A stretch of 50,036 nt of DNA from NCBI GenBank assembly GCA_937893835.1, contig CALCSS010000042.1:1-50036 (forward strand), given 5' to 3'. Both the position numbers and the translations under genes were made by a program. This stretch comes from an uncultured Fidelibacterota bacterium (GTDB lineage Bacteria; Fidelibacterota; Marinisomatia; Marinisomatales; UBA1611). Below, piece after piece: positions 27,360 through 37,599 of this stretch (its first letter is position 1; every line of letters begins with the position of its first letter). The notes under the pieces are model-generated. The model was not told where the DNA came from. It searched no databases and was given only the letters and a program-made list of their open reading frames with translations.

Positions 27360-28766
27360 ATGAATAAAACCAAAATAATAGCCACCATTGGCCCAGGATG
27401 CGATGATGAATCCACACTACAAGAACTCGTTGATCTAGGTGTGTGTTGTTTTCGTATCAATCTTTCACATGGGTCAAAAGATCAAAAAAACAGGTATTTT
27501 GACCTCATAAGGTCGTTAAGGACCCCGCTTGGTTTACGACCAACTATTCTAGCAGACTTAGCGGGTCCAAAAATTAGAGTAAGAAACCTGGAAAAACCCC
27601 TACGCATAAAACAAGGTGACTCTATTGTCATTAGCAATGATCAAGTAGGCCCAGGAAAGATCTCAGTGACCAGTGGCGTCAGGTTTGAAAAGATCAACCC
27701 CGGGGCTCAAATTCTTATTGATGATGGTAGGGTTTCCCTAGAGGTCAAAGACCTTTTATCAGACCAGGCCCTTGAGTGCGTCGCTCTGGAAGATGGAGTC
27801 ATTGAAAACAGAAAAGGGGTTAACTTTCCAGGAATAGCACTAAATGTTCCAGTTTTAACAGAACAGGATGAGGTAGACCTTCAAACCTCCCTGTCTAAAG
27901 AAGCGGATTGGATAGCGTTGTCTTTTGTTCGGTCCCCATCCGACTATGACCTGGTCAGGGCCAAGGTCAGAGATGCGGGATACACAACTCCAATAATGGG
28001 AAAGATAGAGAAGTGGGAGGCTGTCCAAAATCTTGATGGTATCATTGATTCATTTGATGCGGTTATGGTTGCTAGGGGAGACCTTGGTGTAGAAACACCC
28101 ATAGAAAAAGTTCCCCTAGTTCAAAAAGAGGTTATAGAAAAGGCAAACCAAGCAGGTAAACCCGTTGTCATAGCCACTCAGATCCTTGATTCAATGGTTG
28201 ACAGGCCGGTACCGACCAGGGCCGAAGTAAGCGACATTGCAAATGCCATACTAGACGGAGCAGATTCTTTAATGGTAACAGGTGAGACAGCAATTGGGAA
28301 ACATCCAAAAAAGGTCATAGGGGTATTGTCACGAGTTATTGAAGAAACCGAATCGTCAATTGACTATGAAAAGTATTCAAACGAGCCTATGGATAAAAAA
28401 ATCAACACAGCAAACGCCATCAGTCATGCAGCGTGTTCTGTTTCTGGAGACCAGGGGATTGATATATTGGTTACAATGACGCACAGTGGAAGCACTGCTC
28501 GTATGGCTGCCAGATATAGACCAGCTGCGAAAATAATTGCAATGACCCCCTTTAAAGAAACATGTAGAAGGCTGGCCATCGTGTGGGGCGTAAACCCATT
28601 TTTGGTTGATAGTTACAAATCTGCCGATGAGATTCCGGAGATTGCAAATAAGGTTCTTGGCAAGATGGGGTTAATTGAGGAGGGTGAAAGATTTGTTGTT
28701 ACGGGAGGAGTACCCGTTGGGGTTCCTGGAACAACAAACTACCTATCTGTATTAAAGGGAAACTAG
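27360..28766 (+). CDS. pyk: Pyruvate kinase
   Basis: TKIIATIGP, RINLSHG, DLAGPKIR, KIEK, MVARGDLGVE, ATQILDSM, PTRAEVSD. Confidence 0.97.
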   Translation: MNKTKIIATIGPGCDDESTLQELVDLGVCCFRINLSHGSKDQKNRYFDLIRSLRTPLGLRPTILADLAGPKIRVRNLEKPLRIKQGDSIVISNDQVGPGKISVTSGVRFEKINPGAQILIDDGRVSLEVKDLLSDQALECVALEDGVIENRKGVNFPGIALNVPVLTEQDEVDLQTSLSKEADWIALSFVRSPSDYDLVRAKVRDAGYTTPIMGKIEKWEAVQNLDGIIDSFDAVMVARGDLGVETPIEKVPLVQKEVIEKANQAGKPVVIATQILDSMVDRPVPTRAEVSDIANAILDGADSLMVTGETAIGKHPKKVIGVLSRVIEETESSIDYEKYSNEPMDKKINTANAISHAACSVSGDQGIDILVTMTHSGSTARMAARYRPAAKIIAMTPFKETCRRLAIVWGVNPFLVDSYKSADEIPEIANKVLGKMGLIEEGERFVVTGGVPVGVPGTTNYLSVLKGN

Positions 28767-29302
28767 GAGCTTTTTGATTCTTTGAGTCGTCCTAGTTTTT
28801 CACAGACATAAGGGACGCCCCTGCGGTCAGGGGGGTGGGCATCCTTACACTCGTCATTACAGACATAATATGTTTCTTCTAGGTTCTTTTTACCATTTAT
28901 ATCATAATAGTTCCAATTGCCACTCTGGAAACCCAGCTCATAGCTTCCTTCATATTTCTTTTTCCCATTTATATGAAAACCTGTCCATTTTCCATGGGCC
29001 TTTCCCTTTTTATATTCTCCAACGAATTTTTTATTTCCTTCTTTGTCCCAACCCGTCCAGGCCCCAGACCTGAATCCATTTTTTAGGTTGCCCTGTTCTC
29101 TTTTTTCACCGCTTCTAAAACGAATGAACCCTGGTCCGTTGTATACCTTTTGATTATAGAAAAAACCAATAAAAGAGGTGTTGTAATTGTCTCCTGTGAT
29201 ATATTGTCCAGATCGGTCATAAAGAACCCCTTTCATATCTACAGGTTCTTTAGATGAACACGCCATTACAGCCAATAAAAGGATAAGTGATAATTTTTTC
29301 AT
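28763..29302 (-). CDS. MORN-variant/YwqK-like repeat lipoprotein
   Basis: Lipobox VMAC and repeats of the form G.W..W...G.KK..G.Y..G. Confidence 0.75.
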   Translation of the reverse strand: MKKLSLILLLAVMACSSKEPVDMKGVLYDRSGQYITGDNYNTSFIGFFYNQKVYNGPGFIRFRSGEKREQGNLKNGFRSGAWTGWDKEGNKKFVGEYKKGKAHGKWTGFHINGKKKYEGSYELGFQSGNWNYYDINGKKNLEETYYVCNDECKDAHPPDRRGVPYVCEKLGRLKESKSS

Positions 29303-29394
29303 TAAAGTCTCAATATCTTTGTTAAAATCTAATAATCACCAAGGAGATTAACAAAAATCACCTTTTTAGCATTAGAAGGTTTTTGCAACCGTGG

Positions 29395-31722
29395 TCACTC
29401 TATTACAATCTCATCTGAGAATATCCACGTCTTTCCACCAGCGCCGGGATGCCAATCTGGACAAACACCTCGATTCACGGCCTCTACTCTTATAAATCTA
29501 GCAGAAAGGTTTAGGTCCTGACTTTCCAGTTCAATTCTGTTTGCCGAACCGCTCCGTATACCATCGTCAATTTTTATTTCTACTTTTTGGTTGAACGACT
29601 CACCGTCATTTGAGAAAGAAACAATGGCAAGCGTTGGTAGGAAGATCCAGGACCCATGCGATTCAAGAAATCCAATGGATACCTTTGATATTTTTTCGAT
29701 ATTTAACAGGTCAATGGTGACATCCATGTTCTCTTTTTGCCACCCTTGCCAGTAATTATCGTTGTGTGCTATTGAACCGGTAAGCCCATCGACCAAGGTT
29801 AGAGGACCAGAGCCAGAATACCTCGCCTTGTAGATGGTGTTATATTTTACCCTCTTTCCGATTGCCTTGCTAAAGTGAACGATTTTCTCAGATGTTTTCC
29901 CTTTTTGCTCATTGTTGATGAAAAGAGCTGCCTTGATCATCGTTCTACCATTAATGACTATAGGGGAACCATAAAGTTTAGACTCATTGGTTGGCTCAGA
30001 CCCATCCAGGGTAAACCTTATGGTTTCGCCGGGTTTTTCAGATGACAGGGTTATTCTGTGTTCTTGATTGTTGCTGCTGGGATCAACATTTATTGATACA
30101 ATGTATGAGCCGGGTGCGTAGTTCCAACCTAGAACATCGAACCTATCTTCAAGACTGTTCAACCTATGATAAAAATCATCATATGTGTTACTTCCTGGCC
30201 CAGACCACAAGACCTCCGATAGAGCAGACATTCTAGGTAAGACCCTATATTGTGCTCGTTTTGGAGTTTGGACATATTCTGTCCAGAGATTACCTTGTCC
30301 ACCCAGTATGTGTTTTTTCTCTGGGTCTGAAAGTTCATTTGGGATAGGGTTGAACGAGTAGACCTTTTTTAGCGTGGTGTATCCCCCAAACGCCGCCGGT
30401 GACGTTTCGGGATTTGCCTGGTAGTAGTCAAAATAACAGTGCGATGTTGGACACATTATAACGTCGTGCCCTGCCTTTGCAGATTCGATTCCTCCCTTCA
30501 TTCCTCTCCAGCTCATTACGGTCGCGGTTTTTGCGAGACCCCCCTCAAGTATCTCATCCCACCCCAAGAGTTTTTTGTCATTTGAAATAATGAATTTCTC
30601 AATTCTTTTTATAAACCAACTTTGTAATTCGTGTTCATCTGCTAGCCCCTCATTCTGTATTCTTTTTTGGCACTTTTGGCAAGTCCTCCAATGTAGCTTG
30701 TCAGCCTCATCTCCACCGATGTGAATGTAGGGCCCAGGGAACAATTCCATGACCTCATCAAGAACGTTCTCGAGAAACTCAAAGACCTCATCCTTACCAG
30801 CACAAAAAATATCAACATTGGGCCAATAAGAACCTGGGTTTACAGGTATGAGACTCCCTTTGCACGAGAGCTCTGGATAGGCTGCAAAAACCTCTGATGT
30901 GTGACCAGGCATCTCGATTTCAGGTATAACCACAATATTTTTACTGGCGGCATATTCCACCACCTCTCGTATTTCCTCTTTGGTATAGTAACCACCATAT
31001 GTGGCCTTTTCCTTGCCATTGACCGGTGATTGTTCTTTCCATGGTTCATTGGTTCGGTCAACTCGCCACGCGGATCTTTCAGCAAGTAAGGGGTATCTGT
31101 CTATTTCTATCCTCCATCCGTTGTCATCTGTCAGATGCCAATGGAAAACATTCATTTTGTGCAAAGCTATCATATCAATATATGTCTTTATAAAATCGAT
31201 ATCAAAAAAATGCCGGGACACGTCCAAATGCATTCCTCTATATCCAAATGTTGGTGCATCTAGGATGTCGACATTTGGTATAAAGGATGTTTTGGGGATG
31301 TTGCCAATCTCAAGTTCAGGCCCACACAATTGCCGTAGTGATTGATATCCATAAAAAAGGCCCGAATAAGATGAAGCCCTTAGCTCTATTGTGTTTCCAT
31401 CGCCAATGGCAAGAGAGTAGCCCTCATTTGTCAGGCCGCTTTCATCGTTGAGAACAACAAAGATAGAGTTGGGTGTCTTGGATTGTGACATTTCAATGGA
31501 TAGATCTTTGACTGGAGACAATAATTTTTGGATCATCCTTGCTATTTTAATCTCAGATTCATCATTGGTTGACACTAAGATCTTTTCAATTAAAGCCACA
31601 TCGGTATTACCGATTCCGGGCACCATTTTTGTAGGTTTTGGAACTATGCTTGTATTGTTCATGTTCATATTTGAGCTATTGTTGTTAATGGTACAGTTTA
31701 AAGATAGGCAAAAAACCAACAC
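29395..31722 (-). CDS. Beta-N-acetylhexosaminidase (GH20) with Fn3-like and F5/8-type C-terminal domains
   Basis: RGMHLDVSRHF, HWHLTDDNGWR, PEIEMPGH, catalytic HIGGDEA, GWDEI, NLWTEY, IRFTLDGSEP. True start may lie further upstream. Confidence 0.93.
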   Translation of the reverse strand: MLVFCLSLNCTINNNSSNMNMNNTSIVPKPTKMVPGIGNTDVALIEKILVSTNDESEIKIARMIQKLLSPVKDLSIEMSQSKTPNSIFVVLNDESGLTNEGYSLAIGDGNTIELRASSYSGLFYGYQSLRQLCGPELEIGNIPKTSFIPNVDILDAPTFGYRGMHLDVSRHFFDIDFIKTYIDMIALHKMNVFHWHLTDDNGWRIEIDRYPLLAERSAWRVDRTNEPWKEQSPVNGKEKATYGGYYTKEEIREVVEYAASKNIVVIPEIEMPGHTSEVFAAYPELSCKGSLIPVNPGSYWPNVDIFCAGKDEVFEFLENVLDEVMELFPGPYIHIGGDEADKLHWRTCQKCQKRIQNEGLADEHELQSWFIKRIEKFIISNDKKLLGWDEILEGGLAKTATVMSWRGMKGGIESAKAGHDVIMCPTSHCYFDYYQANPETSPAAFGGYTTLKKVYSFNPIPNELSDPEKKHILGGQGNLWTEYVQTPKRAQYRVLPRMSALSEVLWSGPGSNTYDDFYHRLNSLEDRFDVLGWNYAPGSYIVSINVDPSSNNQEHRITLSSEKPGETIRFTLDGSEPTNESKLYGSPIVINGRTMIKAALFINNEQKGKTSEKIVHFSKAIGKRVKYNTIYKARYSGSGPLTLVDGLTGSIAHNDNYWQGWQKENMDVTIDLLNIEKISKVSIGFLESHGSWIFLPTLAIVSFSNDGESFNQKVEIKIDDGIRSGSANRIELESQDLNLSARFIRVEAVNRGVCPDWHPGAGGKTWIFSDEIVIE

Positions 31723-31778
31723 CCAATAAAAAGAAGAAAAATAAAGTGAATTATTTAAATTGATTGTTCCAGCCTCTT

Positions 31779-33215
31779 TTATTTGAGAAAGACAGTTTTT
31801 TTGGATTTAGATATGCCACCAGACGATATGGAGAAGAGGTAAACACCCGATGGACATGTTTCACCAAGATCATTTTTCCCATCCCAGGAGAAATAATGCG
31901 TACCGGCGGCTTTTCTCACTGTGTTGTTTTTTATGATCTTTCTTCCAAAAAGGTCTACCAATTCAAGTTCGACAGTAGCATCGTTTTTTAATTCATACCC
32001 TATAACAACAGTAGAGTTAAAGGGGTTTGGGAATGCGCTGCTCAAACTTACAACTTCAGGGATTTGAAAATTTGTACTCTCTGTATGAATTTCGGATGTG
32101 AGGTTTGGATCAACCTTGATAGCATCAAAAATCACGTTCGAGCCACTTGCATCATTGGTAACAAGGTCTCTCAATATGATCCCAAGGCTCTCTCCCTCAT
32201 TCAGTGTAATTGTTTCTATGAACTTGAAGTCCCCTCGTACCGCGCTCTGGTCTACGATCACATCTGACCTCGTACTTACGCCGTCCTCGTTTTTTACATA
32301 TAGTTCATATATGGCCCCGGTCGTACCAGATACTCCATCAGGAATAAAAGCCTCGACGTTGTATTCACCCACACCCTCAATACTTGGAACCCAAATAGCG
32401 TAGTGTCGACTTTCCTCGGGGTCTGTTGTTGTCGGTGAGATCCAACAATCGTTGTTATATCCCTGGTCAAGGTAGACCCAGTCGGGACCATGGAATCTTT
32501 GAAAACCGTTGTCTCCATCATCAACCAAGCTGTCTGATATCCAAAGCCAATCACTTCGATTACCACGCAATTCTTCAACCGGGTCAAGAAAGCCACCCCA
32601 CCAACCAAAGGGATTCACTGCATACGGTTCAACAGAGTCAAAGAACCAGTTTCCTCTACGAACCTCAAAGTGCAGATGGGTATTTGTTGTGCATCCGGTA
32701 TTACCCGCAAAGCCCAAAGTGTCTCCTGTTTCAACATTGTCTCCCACGGTAACATTGAGTGGCGGTGTCATGTGGAGGTATACGGTGAAATACTCATTTC
32801 CATGTGCAACTATGATGGTTCCCTGGTCTCCGTTGGGTTCTATTCCTCCGGGACAAGGGTCTGCTGGTGGCGAGAAAGAGGCCCAAAGAACATAGCCACC
32901 TGCAGGCGCAAGGATTGGGGTGTTGAAGGGCATATTGTAGTCAACACCGGCATGCCCATCGTAACAAGAATGACCAGACCTACAGTCTGGATAGACAACC
33001 TCATCAACCAATTCAATACCATCAAATCTTAATAAAAGAGAATCAATGACATTGGAACAGGGGCACTGGTGGTCTACGTGTGCCGATACAGGATACTGTT
33101 CAAATCCAGGTGGCTCAAAGGGTCTTAATTCTAAAAATGGTTCTTGACCCACTAACGCCACAGAACTAAAAACAATAAACATATTTATAAACGACATGAT
33201 GGATAATTTTTTCAT
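31779..33215 (-). CDS. M23 family metallopeptidase with golvesin-like domain and C-terminal T9SS/FlgD-like domain
   Basis: YDGHAGVDY (HxxxD), YLHM, HLHFEVR and a tail of FPNPFNS...SGVYLF...KKTVFLK. Start trimmed to ATG 33215 (MKKLSIM, signal peptide). Confidence 0.85.
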   Translation of the reverse strand: MKKLSIMSFINMFIVFSSVALVGQEPFLELRPFEPPGFEQYPVSAHVDHQCPCSNVIDSLLLRFDGIELVDEVVYPDCRSGHSCYDGHAGVDYNMPFNTPILAPAGGYVLWASFSPPADPCPGGIEPNGDQGTIIVAHGNEYFTVYLHMTPPLNVTVGDNVETGDTLGFAGNTGCTTNTHLHFEVRRGNWFFDSVEPYAVNPFGWWGGFLDPVEELRGNRSDWLWISDSLVDDGDNGFQRFHGPDWVYLDQGYNNDCWISPTTTDPEESRHYAIWVPSIEGVGEYNVEAFIPDGVSGTTGAIYELYVKNEDGVSTRSDVIVDQSAVRGDFKFIETITLNEGESLGIILRDLVTNDASGSNVIFDAIKVDPNLTSEIHTESTNFQIPEVVSLSSAFPNPFNSTVVIGYELKNDATVELELVDLFGRKIIKNNTVRKAAGTHYFSWDGKNDLGETCPSGVYLFSISSGGISKSKKTVFLK

Positions 33216-33285
33216 AGGGGTATAACTTCCACACAAATATACAATCATCATCTTAATGAATCGAAGCCTAATAAAGGATACAACC

Positions 33286-34968
33286 ATGTTAAAGAAAGAA
33301 GGTTTATTCATATTCATTTTATTTATAATGTTTTCGGTTGTTTCAGCAACAGAGGTGGACACCGCCTTTTCTGTGAAGTGGCACAACGAACCCTGGGGTG
33401 CAGGGGGGCTCATACCCGCAGGTCCCCCGTGGAACATGGTTGGGCCATTTGACTTCGACAACGATGGTTTTGGAGATTTTGTTGTCTCCAGTGCCTATGC
33501 AGGTGAATTCTGCAATGGTGTATATCACTACGAAGCCGCGAGCAATGACTCCATAGCATTAAAGTGGGTCTATACATTTTATGATCTTAGTTGTTCGTAC
33601 GATGCCTATTCCAGCGTTGCCGTGGGCGACATTGATGGAGACAACAATCAAGAAATACTATCTTTAGTTGACACAAGCCCTGGCGCTTCGGGTCAAAGGG
33701 GGCTCCAGGTTTTTGAGTGGGACCCAGATTCGATGTCCTTTTTGTCTCAACCAACGTTCACCTGGGATATGGGCCTTGACAGTGTTTGGGAAGCCGGTCA
33801 GATACATGTCGAAGATCTGGATGGTGACTCACAACAAGAGATCATCGTATCTGTGATGGATGGACCCTGGTCTGAGCTAGGGACCGGAGGCACGAGCCGC
33901 CTTATGATATTTGAACTTGATACAGTAATAAATGACTCTGCCATCTTTAACATAGAGTATCAAGACGAGGTCTGGTCAAACTGGAGCGGCTACAACATTT
34001 CAGTGGGAGATTTGGACAACGATGGGGCAAAGGAAATATATACTGTGGGCTACGAATATTTTCACCTTATTGTCCATGAAAATACCGGCGAAGACCAGTA
34101 CGAATACCAAACAGATTTTTTTATTTCTTCAGAGCTTTATCAAAGAGCCAACCAAGGTATTCTAATTTCAGACATTGACAACAATGGGGCAAATGAGATG
34201 ATTTGTTTGACGTCTGGTGTCAATTCTTTATCTGGAGACCTTGTAACACCTGGAAGTTTTTTTGTGGTAGATGGCGTTGATGATGTTAGCAGCCTATCAT
34301 ACTCTAATTTCAATTTGTTTTCAACCTATGCTGGTGGTCTTAGACAGGTCAGCCTAGGCGACGCAGATGGTGATGGCAATCTCAATATTTATCTTGCAGG
34401 TCACTATGATGAGGCCGTTTATGATTGGGAGTATGGTGGAGGTGACCCGACAAGTCCCGGTAGCTACGTAGAAAGAGTTATTTTTATGGATGACACAACG
34501 GACAATTTCACACCTGGAAACGACCAAGGTAAGGTGAGAGTAGCAAAACTATTTTCAGGAGACATAGATAATGATGGCGATGGTGATATTGTTTTTTCAT
34601 CTGCTAGTTTTGCTTCTGACAAGCCACATCTATATATGATAGAGCACAATGGAACACTTGGAACTGGAAACGACCAAGACCTTAACCCACAAAGGATCTC
34701 CATTGGACAAAATTATCCCAACCCCTTCAATCCTGAAACAAGGTTTCAGTACACCACCCACCAACCTGAGCATGTTTCATTAAAAGTATATGATATTTTA
34801 GGTAAGGAGATACGAACCGTGTTTGATGGGCACCGGGCACCGGGCACACATATTGAAAAATGGAAAGGGGTAGACAAGAGAGGCCAGGTGGTTTCAAGTG
34901 GTGTTTATTTTTATCAGCTAAAAACTGGACAGGAACGAATCACCAAAAAAATGGTTTTTGGAAAATAA
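33286..34968 (+). CDS. FG-GAP/VCBS-repeat secreted protein with C-terminal T9SS/FlgD-like domain
   Basis: AAGGA ribosome-binding site and signal peptide; about seven DxDxDG Ca-binding repeats (DFDNDGFGD, GDIDGDNNQE, GDLDNDGAKE...); QNYPNPFNP...SGVYFYQL...KKMVFGK. Confidence 0.85.
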   Translation: MLKKEGLFIFILFIMFSVVSATEVDTAFSVKWHNEPWGAGGLIPAGPPWNMVGPFDFDNDGFGDFVVSSAYAGEFCNGVYHYEAASNDSIALKWVYTFYDLSCSYDAYSSVAVGDIDGDNNQEILSLVDTSPGASGQRGLQVFEWDPDSMSFLSQPTFTWDMGLDSVWEAGQIHVEDLDGDSQQEIIVSVMDGPWSELGTGGTSRLMIFELDTVINDSAIFNIEYQDEVWSNWSGYNISVGDLDNDGAKEIYTVGYEYFHLIVHENTGEDQYEYQTDFFISSELYQRANQGILISDIDNNGANEMICLTSGVNSLSGDLVTPGSFFVVDGVDDVSSLSYSNFNLFSTYAGGLRQVSLGDADGDGNLNIYLAGHYDEAVYDWEYGGGDPTSPGSYVERVIFMDDTTDNFTPGNDQGKVRVAKLFSGDIDNDGDGDIVFSSASFASDKPHLYMIEHNGTLGTGNDQDLNPQRISIGQNYPNPFNPETRFQYTTHQPEHVSLKVYDILGKEIRTVFDGHRAPGTHIEKWKGVDKRGQVVSSGVYFYQLKTGQERITKKMVFGK

Positions 34969-35041
34969 ACGATCAAAGAATGTGTTTAGAGATCATTTTA
35001 TTTATGCTAGACACTTAATCTTGACTCAGATCAAAAAGGCA

Positions 35042-36589
35042 ATGCAGGGTAAGAAGGTGAACCTTTTTCTGTTGTTTGTCCTGTTTGTTGTTTCTTGTGT
35101 TGATCAGGTCAGAGATGACAACTCGTTCATCATTGCAACCTACGATGATGTAAAAGACTGGGACCCGGCCACGGCTTTTTCATTGGAGGTATTCCCAATG
35201 TCAAATATTTATGAGCCATTATTGTGGCACGACGCTGGTACCGCTCCGGGTCGATTCTTGCCGGGTCTTGCAACAACCTACACAAGTTCATCCGATGGTC
35301 TGACCTGGGAATTCATACTTCGAAAGGGGGTCACTTTTCACGATGGAAGAGCGTTCGACTCTGAATCGGTAAGGTATGTCATCGAAAGAAACAAGCGGAT
35401 GAATGGAGGTGGAAGCTATATTTGGGACTCTGTTGACCAGGTTATTACCGATGGTCCCCACAAGGTGATCTTCAAACTCTCGTCGCCCGTTCCCCTGGAC
35501 AAGATAGTTAGCTCTCAATACGGAGCGTGGATGTATTCACCTGAAATATCAGAGCTTTCTAAGGATTCTTTACAAAGTGGATATGGTAGTGGCACGGGGC
35601 CATATCAATTTAAAAAATGGACCAAAAATAAACATATCAAACTTCAAAGGTATGATGATTATTGGGCCGGATGGAACAGAGAGGATCACTTTGACTCAAT
35701 TATCATAAAGGTCGTATCAGAATCGTCAACTCGCCTACAGATGATAGAGGGCGGATTGGTTGACTATGCCCTATTAATCCCCGTACAGCTACTAGAAAGG
35801 TTGGACAACAACCCCTCCATAAGTGTATCATATCGCCCATCTTGGATCAATCATTTCTACTTACTAAACACCAAAAAACCACCCACTGATAATATTTGGG
35901 TTCGTCGAGCCATTGCCGCGATAATGGATCGAAAGACCATAGCTGACCATGTCTACCTTGAGGCTGGTAAAGAGGCAAGGGGCCTCATACCTGACAATAT
36001 GCCACTATTTGAGGCACCTGACAGCCTTGTTCCTTTCAGTCTGGATATGGGTAAGAGATTTCTTGATAGGTCGGGGATTACAACAAAAAACATCAGTGCC
36101 GACATCTCTTATGTTTCGACATCTGAAGAATATAGACTAACATCTTTTCTTTTGATGGACAACCTTAGAAAAATTGGACTGGACCTTGATCTAAAGCCCG
36201 GTCTTTGGTCGTCGAACTGGGACAAGGCCAGAAGGCTCGAAACCGCTTCCAATATAATTTCCATGGCATGGTGGCCAACACTATCGTCTCCATCTGATTG
36301 GTTTTTCGGGTTGTATAAGACAGAGGAGAGTCCACTTTTTAATCTTTCATACTACAGCAACCCCATTGTGGACTCACTTATCAACACAGCATGGAAAAAC
36401 GAATCAATATATCCTGAAAGGTCTAGGAATCTATACAAGGAAATACAAGAGAAACTCATCAATGATTGTGTTGTCATACCAGTAGTTGACATAAACGTTC
36501 AATCAGTGCACAAGAAAAACATAACAGGTCTAAGAAATAACCCAGCATATTCAACGCTTTTGATCTATCATCTTGGAAGGGGACAGTGA
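35042..36589 (+). CDS. Peptide/nickel ABC transporter substrate-binding lipoprotein (family 5)
   Basis: Lipobox VVSC, IYEPLL, LRKGVTFHDG, GTGPYQF, VRRAIA. Start trimmed to ATG 35042. Confidence 0.9.
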   Translation: MQGKKVNLFLLFVLFVVSCVDQVRDDNSFIIATYDDVKDWDPATAFSLEVFPMSNIYEPLLWHDAGTAPGRFLPGLATTYTSSSDGLTWEFILRKGVTFHDGRAFDSESVRYVIERNKRMNGGGSYIWDSVDQVITDGPHKVIFKLSSPVPLDKIVSSQYGAWMYSPEISELSKDSLQSGYGSGTGPYQFKKWTKNKHIKLQRYDDYWAGWNREDHFDSIIIKVVSESSTRLQMIEGGLVDYALLIPVQLLERLDNNPSISVSYRPSWINHFYLLNTKKPPTDNIWVRRAIAAIMDRKTIADHVYLEAGKEARGLIPDNMPLFEAPDSLVPFSLDMGKRFLDRSGITTKNISADISYVSTSEEYRLTSFLLMDNLRKIGLDLDLKPGLWSSNWDKARRLETASNIISMAWWPTLSSPSDWFFGLYKTEESPLFNLSYYSNPIVDSLINTAWKNESIYPERSRNLYKEIQEKLINDCVVIPVVDINVQSVHKKNITGLRNNPAYSTLLIYHLGRGQ

Positions 36590-37599
36590 TAGCATACTGC
36601 ACAAGGCGACTGATCTCAACGGTATTCGTTTTGATCATTGTGAGCACGATAACATTTTTTCTTTCTCATTCTCTACCGGGCGATCCGGCATCATTGTGGG
36701 TTGGTGACCACCCCACCAAAGAGCAACTAGAGACGGCAAAAAACAAACTGGGCTTTGACAGGCCCCTGATTGAACAATATGTCTCCTTTTTACAAAATGT
36801 AATTACACTTGATCTTGGTGTTTCACTAAGGACGCGCCAACCAGTGCTGACCGAACTGGGTCGTCGATTTTCTGCTACGTTTGAACTGGTCTTTTTTTCT
36901 ATGTTACTAGCTCTGTCTTTCGGTTTTTTTTTAGGGCTTAAAACGGCAATAGCTTCAAATACGAGACCCGATCAAATCATCAGAGGGGTTGGATATTTAG
37001 GATTGTCCTTCCCTGTTTTTTGGTTGGGTATGATCTTACAATTGTTGTTTTTTGGTATTTTACAATGGTTCCCCCTTCAAGGTCGGCACTCTGGTTTTAG
37101 TACGCTTGATATTGACCTATCTATTAATAGTGGTCTGTTTTTGTTTGACACCCTTGCCTCAGGAGAGTGGGAGTTGTTTTGCGATGGACTCACCCATATT
37201 TTTCTGCCAATGATGACACTGGCATTCGGGGTTTTTGGTCTCATACTTCGAACTACGCGCTCAGCAATGATGGAGACCATGTCAGAGCCCTTTTTTAAAA
37301 CATATCTGGCATATGGGTTTGAACCTGCAGAGGCAATTCAGCGATCAGCCTATAAGAACACGCTTGTTCCAGTGTCAACCGTTTCTGGGCTTAGTTTTGG
37401 TCTGATGTTGGGAGGAACCTTTCTCGTAGAATCAATTTTTGATTGGCCGGGACTTGGTCAGTTTAGTGTGCTCTCGATCTTGACGAATGATTTTCCTGCA
37501 ATTATGGGTGTCACCTTATTTTATACCCTAACATATGTTATAATAAACTTTTTTATTGATCTTTTATATCCGATGATCGATCCTAGAATTGGAAGATAG
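36586..37599 (+). CDS. Peptide ABC transporter permease (DppB/OppB-like)
   Basis: LPGDPA, GFDRPLIEQY, ATFEL, VESIFDWPGLG, DLLYPMIDPRI. Confidence 0.92.
   Translation: MIAYCTRRLISTVFVLIIVSTITFFLSHSLPGDPASLWVGDHPTKEQLETAKNKLGFDRPLIEQYVSFLQNVITLDLGVSLRTRQPVLTELGRRFSATFELVFFSMLLALSFGFFLGLKTAIASNTRPDQIIRGVGYLGLSFPVFWLGMILQLLFFGILQWFPLQGRHSGFSTLDIDLSINSGLFLFDTLASGEWELFCDGLTHIFLPMMTLAFGVFGLILRTTRSAMMETMSEPFFKTYLAYGFEPAEAIQRSAYKNTLVPVSTVSGLSFGLMLGGTFLVESIFDWPGLGQFSVLSILTNDFPAIMGVTLFYTLTYVIINFFIDLLYPMIDPRIGR

Noticed and set aside
33216-33461. Apparent 200-nt head-to-head overlap of the M23 ORF (to 33461) with the FG-GAP ORF (from 33256)
   Set aside because: Artifact of longest-ORF calling. Signal peptides and ribosome-binding sites support starts at 33215 (-) and 33286 (+), which do not overlap.
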